Positions 15,853-19,734 of a stretch of DNA of 19,734 bases are shown here, piece after piece. Made by a program: the position numbers and the translations under genes. The stretch is from the IMG/VR virus record IMGVR_UViG_3300016480_000004, one strand, 5' to 3'. The stretch is from a virus. Lineage: Duplodnaviria; Heunggongvirae; Uroviricota; Caudoviricetes; Crassvirales. Below the pieces are notes generated by a model. That model did not search any database. It saw only the letters and a list, made by a program, of their open reading frames with translations, and was not told the DNA's origin. How positions within the stretch are numbered: the first letter of the stretch is position 1; the number at the start of each line of letters is the position of its first letter.

Positions 15853-18800
15853 CTATAATTCATATAATGTATTTGCACCACAGATTTTATCATTGTTTGC
15901 ATCCTCATACTCAGTATTAGGACTAATAGAATTAATATCATCTGCTTTACCTTCATTCACTTCAAGTGGAGCACCATACACCTGACTGAAAGCCTCACTT
16001 GCAATATCTTGAGTCAGACTTGAGAAATCATAGTTAAGATACTCTGGCATGGAGTCATAATCAATATTAGTTTCCTGATAGGCTGTTATATCCTTATTTA
16101 CATTAGGAGTATAATCCTTGTCATTCTTATCAATTACTGACTTCATTTCAGTAACATCCTTACCATATTCATACTCAATGAAACTATTCTTGAATCCAAG
16201 TGGGGCTATTCTCTCATACACAGCTACATTAGGTTGTACATTATCAGCTTGTGTAAGCCTATAATATATTGTACCCCCCTTGTATCTTCTTGCTATATAA
16301 TTGAAGAAGTCATAGGTTGTTTCCTCTCCTATCCCATCTCTCTTCCTTATTATCTTCTTATCACCCCTGTTAGATTCAGTATCAATGGTTATTTTAACCA
16401 TATTCAAAGCATCACCTTGTTCATTAGTGAAAGAAGTAGAAGCCTCTGTAGGAACCTCAGGAACTAACTGTCTATTATCCAAGTGATTGTAGATATACTG
16501 GTCAATAAATTGACTGTAATCATCCTCACTTTCCAACAATCCCCTTAGTGTATCAATATACTCTGGAATAGATTGTCTAATGGCAGTTGGAGCTAAATGA
16601 ATGAAAGTAGAAGGTCCAAATGCAAATCCATTTCTGTAATAACTGTATCTGAATAAATTAAGAGCTAAAGCTTGAGCTTCTGGACCCATATATAACAATG
16701 ATTGCCAGTCTCTCATATACCTTTCTCTAAGAGTAGGACTTAACTGACCAACATTCTTAAATACTACTGTATCTACAGGATTATTCTGGTTAGCCCTTAT
16801 TACTCTTAATCTCTTAACAAACTCAAGTTCAGCTATTTCAGGATGTTCACTCAATGTTCTGTTGAAATAATCAGGGAAATTATTAATAAAATCCCTTCTC
16901 TTATCACTGGATGTTGTCACCTTATCATCTGCTCTGAGGTTAGCTTCTTGCCCAAAGAATGATGTCTTGGACATAATATAAGTTAACAAATCATTGTAGA
17001 TGTTATTGAGTGTCTTTGCATTTAACTTGTCTGTCTTAGTGTAGTATCTTAAGCCTCTCAACCCTTCTTTACCATCAATTACTTCTTTGAATGAAGAAGT
17101 GAATTGAGGAAAATATCTACTGAACATCTCTTGTGTCTGGTTAATACCAAGACTAAAAAATGCTTGTAAATAAGGTAATGGAGAACTTAATAACTTCTCT
17201 CTTATCTGGTCAATATCCATACCATTCATACTGAAAGGCATAATAACATCTGCACCAGTTAAAGGAGAGTTTTTACTTAACACCACATTAGTCAGGAAGT
17301 CATCAACTTTCTGTATCTTAATCTGTGTATCTGCAATAGTAGGACCTGCTGCACCACCTTGAGTATCTGCTCTTGTAGCTTGGACCAATTGTCCTAAAGC
17401 ATCTGCTGTATTCATTATTCTCTTGAATAAATAACCAGCAGCTACTTGCTTCTTATAGAACTCAACCTTTCTGTAGTCAGATGTCTGATTCCTATTACCT
17501 AATTCCTCTACTTCCTTCTGGAGAATGATATTGTCTGCCAATTCATCTGCCATGAACTTATTAGATTTATAATTGTCATAGGTTACATCCTCCATCATTG
17601 CAGCCCTTTTCTTGTAGTTTTCAATGACCTCATCAATGATTGTGTCCTTTCCTTTGCCTTCTCTACTCTCTCTGAAATAGGTATTAGTAATATCCATTAC
17701 AATTGGTTGTGACATAATCAAACCAATCTCAACAGGGTTATAACCAAGCCTACTTAAAAGCATTGAGGCATCAGCAGTGAATGTATTCTGATTCAATGAA
17801 GCAAGTACAGGGTCTTTTACATTATCCACAGATGCAGCAAGGAAACCTGCATTATTCCTTGAGATATACTCCTTATTGTCATTCATCAGACCATGAAGAG
17901 AAGTTAATCTCTTACCATTAAGTAAGAAAGAGCCATTCTCAGTATCAAGACCTAATTCAGTATGTTGCATCAAAGCATGGTTTGCATTATGATTGGCATA
18001 AATACCAATCAGTGCTGCACCAGTCATATTCTGCTGATGAAGTTTAACCTGAGTTCTTGGGTTAAGAGGGTCAAGTTTCTTCTTGAACTTCTCTGCCAAT
18101 TTGTCAAGTTGCCTCAAATCCATACTCTGTAACTTGGAAAGAGTACTTTGATTCTCAGGAATATTCAGTTCTTTTCTTAGTTCAGACTCTCTACTTGATT
18201 GAAGGATATTAATCATTCTTGCAGACTTCTTCTGATAATCAAAACCACCGGGGTTAAGTATCTTTGAAGCAGTGTCAGCATTAGTCAGAACACCCCACAT
18301 CATATCAATCAATAGATTGTTTCTGGCTTCAAGACTATTCTCTTGTGGAGACTTGCTGAAGTCATATTCAATCTTCTCAATCTTGTCCTTAGAAGATACT
18401 CTATACTTCTCTCTATTAGCTTTATATGTCATCCAGAGGTTGTATTCCTGACTATCCTTAGGAGCTTTCCTACCTTCATCTATGGCTTTATTTACACTCT
18501 GTTTATACTCCTTCAAAATTTCAGGAGATACAGCTTTTCCTTGTGTTAATTGAGCAACTAAATCATCAACAAACTGTCTTCTATTATACTTGGGAGTTAT
18601 CTTAAACTCAGGCAACATGATATACAATTTATCCACATCAAAGTCAGAACCACTTAAAGTAGTAATCTCTGCTGGGAGCATAATTGCAGAACCATTCTGC
18701 TGAGGTAAGAAACCTTTAATATAAAGAGGAGCCATTGAGTATTTGTCCTCTGTTGGAACTCTATAACCAATCAACTTTCTCAAGCTGTCTGGTAATTTAT

Positions 18801-19734
18801 TTACATCCAGTTCATGAGTACCTGCCTTCATAAGGGGTTCATAGAACTTCCTACTGTAAGCTGGCATATAAACTTCGAGATATTTAATTCTCTTGTTCTC
18901 TCCTTCACCTTCAAAAACAATCTTCAATTCATCAGTAAGACCATAGTCAGAAACTTGAATAAGTGCTCCTCCTCTAATCTTCTGCTTTGTAATCCTACTC
19001 TTGATGATACTATTGAGTAAAGTTTGGACTCTCTGAGATTGTACAGGGTCAAACAATGGAATGTTGAATTGCCCCTTTTCATTAAGGGTACAAGCTCTAA
19101 TCATATCAATTCCATATCTTTGATTACCTCTCAACTCTTCAAGAAGAATCTTCTCAACCTGTTTAGGGTCTTTAAAGATTTCATTTACATCAGCAAAAGC
19201 CTGAATGATATTCTCGGTGTTAATAGCATTATATAAGTCTAACCATTCCTGTTTAGTCATTTTCTTACCATTTACCTCAATTATAGTATCAGGACTAATA
19301 TCTGCTGTAATCAGTTTTCTAATCTGAGTACCAATTAACTGAATTGCATCAATAGCATGTTCTGGAGTTGCAGTTTGAATACCATAATCCTCATAGCTTA
19401 CTTTATGAACCACATTAGGATTCTCAACACCATTCTGAGTAGTGGCATTCTTAAGTACAGACTTAACATCTTCCTTAGTATTGACACTATTCAAATCAAT
19501 TACACCTTGTTTCCCAACCTTAGTAGTTGATTCAAATTGAACTACATCAATTCCATTCTCTTCCATGAACTCATTGATAGCTACAAGTTTACCTGATTTA
19601 CCAAGTGGACCTGAAACTAACTGGTGCATAGCCATAAGAAGGAACTCTGAGTTCTTATGCTGAACTGGTGTCTTAACGCCTGTATGACCTTGAACTCCAC
19701 TCATATTATTCACCTGAGTGTACACATAAGGTTT
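15853..19734 (-). CDS. Virion-packaged two-barrel DNA-dependent RNA polymerase (phi14:2 gp66 / crAss001 gp50-like), 5'-truncated at the window edge
   Basis: The catalytic loop LSGSDFDVDKLY is at 18631-18651 and the upstream YRVPT (RxP motif) at 18751-18765. ESTTKVG (about 19513-19533) is a candidate Lys motif of the second barrel. The frame stays open to 19734 (KPYVYTQ...), so the GTG at 19725 is not the real start. Confidence 0.93.
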   Translation of the reverse strand, partial: KPYVYTQVNNMSGVQGHTGVKTPVQHKNSEFLLMAMHQLVSGPLGKSGKLVAINEFMEENGIDVVQFESTTKVGKQGVIDLNSVNTKEDVKSVLKNATTQNGVENPNVVHKVSYEDYGIQTATPEHAIDAIQLIGTQIRKLITADISPDTIIEVNGKKMTKQEWLDLYNAINTENIIQAFADVNEIFKDPKQVEKILLEELRGNQRYGIDMIRACTLNEKGQFNIPLFDPVQSQRVQTLLNSIIKSRITKQKIRGGALIQVSDYGLTDELKIVFEGEGENKRIKYLEVYMPAYSRKFYEPLMKAGTHELDVNKLPDSLRKLIGYRVPTEDKYSMAPLYIKGFLPQQNGSAIMLPAEITTLSGSDFDVDKLYIMLPEFKITPKYNRRQFVDDLVAQLTQGKAVSPEILKEYKQSVNKAIDEGRKAPKDSQEYNLWMTYKANREKYRVSSKDKIEKIEYDFSKSPQENSLEARNNLLIDMMWGVLTNADTASKILNPGGFDYQKKSARMINILQSSRESELRKELNIPENQSTLSKLQSMDLRQLDKLAEKFKKKLDPLNPRTQVKLHQQNMTGAALIGIYANHNANHALMQHTELGLDTENGSFLLNGKRLTSLHGLMNDNKEYISRNNAGFLAASVDNVKDPVLASLNQNTFTADASMLLSRLGYNPVEIGLIMSQPIVMDITNTYFRESREGKGKDTIIDEVIENYKKRAAMMEDVTYDNYKSNKFMADELADNIILQKEVEELGNRNQTSDYRKVEFYKKQVAAGYLFKRIMNTADALGQLVQATRADTQGGAAGPTIADTQIKIQKVDDFLTNVVLSKNSPLTGADVIMPFSMNGMDIDQIREKLLSSPLPYLQAFFSLGINQTQEMFSRYFPQFTSSFKEVIDGKEGLRGLRYYTKTDKLNAKTLNNIYNDLLTYIMSKTSFFGQEANLRADDKVTTSSDKRRDFINNFPDYFNRTLSEHPEIAELEFVKRLRVIRANQNNPVDTVVFKNVGQLSPTLRERYMRDWQSLLYMGPEAQALALNLFRYSYYRNGFAFGPSTFIHLAPTAIRQSIPEYIDTLRGLLESEDDYSQFIDQYIYNHLDNRQLVPEVPTEASTSFTNEQGDALNMVKITIDTESNRGDKKIIRKRDGIGEETTYDFFNYIARRYKGGTIYYRLTQADNVQPNVAVYERIAPLGFKNSFIEYEYGKDVTEMKSVIDKNDKDYTPNVNKDITAYQETNIDYDSMPEYLNYDFSSLTQDIASEAFSQVYGAPLEVNEGKADDINSISPNTEYEDANNDKICGANTLYEL

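Larger units (their letters stand above)
1..19734. other. Segment of a crAss-like (Crassvirales) phage genome: virion cargo protein and virion RNA polymerase locus
   Basis: Coding is dense, with very large ORFs in two convergent blocks. There is a DFDxD two-barrel RNAP of the crAss type, giant neighbours with zincin and PD-(D/E)xK motifs, and a gp48-like small gene at the junction. No cellular housekeeping genes are present. Confidence 0.93.

Noticed and set aside
13017-19236. Short plus-strand ORFs (13017-13280, 13457-13723, 16234-16467, 18343-18549, 18814-19020, 19024-19236) and the off-frame minus ORF 13749-13934
   Set aside because: These are shadow ORFs fully nested in the 1349-aa and RNAP genes, with no independent support.
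19723-19725. GTG start assigned to the RNAP by the ORF track
   Set aside because: The frame is open to the window edge (AAA CCT TAT GTG), so the real start is outside the window.
1-19734. Alternative genetic code (TAG=Gln or TGA=Trp)
   Set aside because: All large genes are uninterrupted in the standard code, and TAG serves as the stop for three genes.
15853-19734. Intein or group I intron in the RNAP gene
   Set aside because: No frame break, LAGLIDADG/HNH motif or intein C-terminal HN-C/S/T signature was seen in the visible part.
1-19734. tRNA, CRISPR array, DGR template/variable repeats, promoters
   Set aside because: The only intergenic gaps are tiny. There are no regularly spaced repeats and no long repeat pair differing at adenines. 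Phage promoter consensus is not determinable from this window.

Overview
This window is best explained as part of a Crassvirales (crAss-like, Bacteroidota-infecting) phage genome, covering the virion cargo / virion RNA polymerase locus. Two operons converge on a bidirectional terminator at about 11551-11590. The + strand carries a 5'-truncated Gly/Ala/Gln-rich cargo protein, a 535-aa cargo protein and a 2768-aa giant protein. The giant protein has hydrophobic N-terminal helices, a PD-(D/E)xK nuclease, an HExxH zincin and a C-terminal ADP-ribosyltransferase-like domain. The - strand carries the 5'-truncated two-barrel virion RNA polymerase (GSDFDVDK), a 1349-aa protein with a degenerate zincin motif and a 63-aa helical protein. 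From memory, the order matches phiCrAss001 gp45-gp50; this was not verified by search. The most notable observations are: (1) repeat-flanked, compositionally foreign domain cassettes inside the giant protein, including the ART-like domain; (2) nearly Cys-free giant proteins whose rare cysteines sit at the termini; (3) near-total CG and GATC avoidance with no CGN Arg codons; (4) a 13-nt homopolymer immediately upstream of the small gene. All counts are manual reads and all family calls are motif recognition, not database results.
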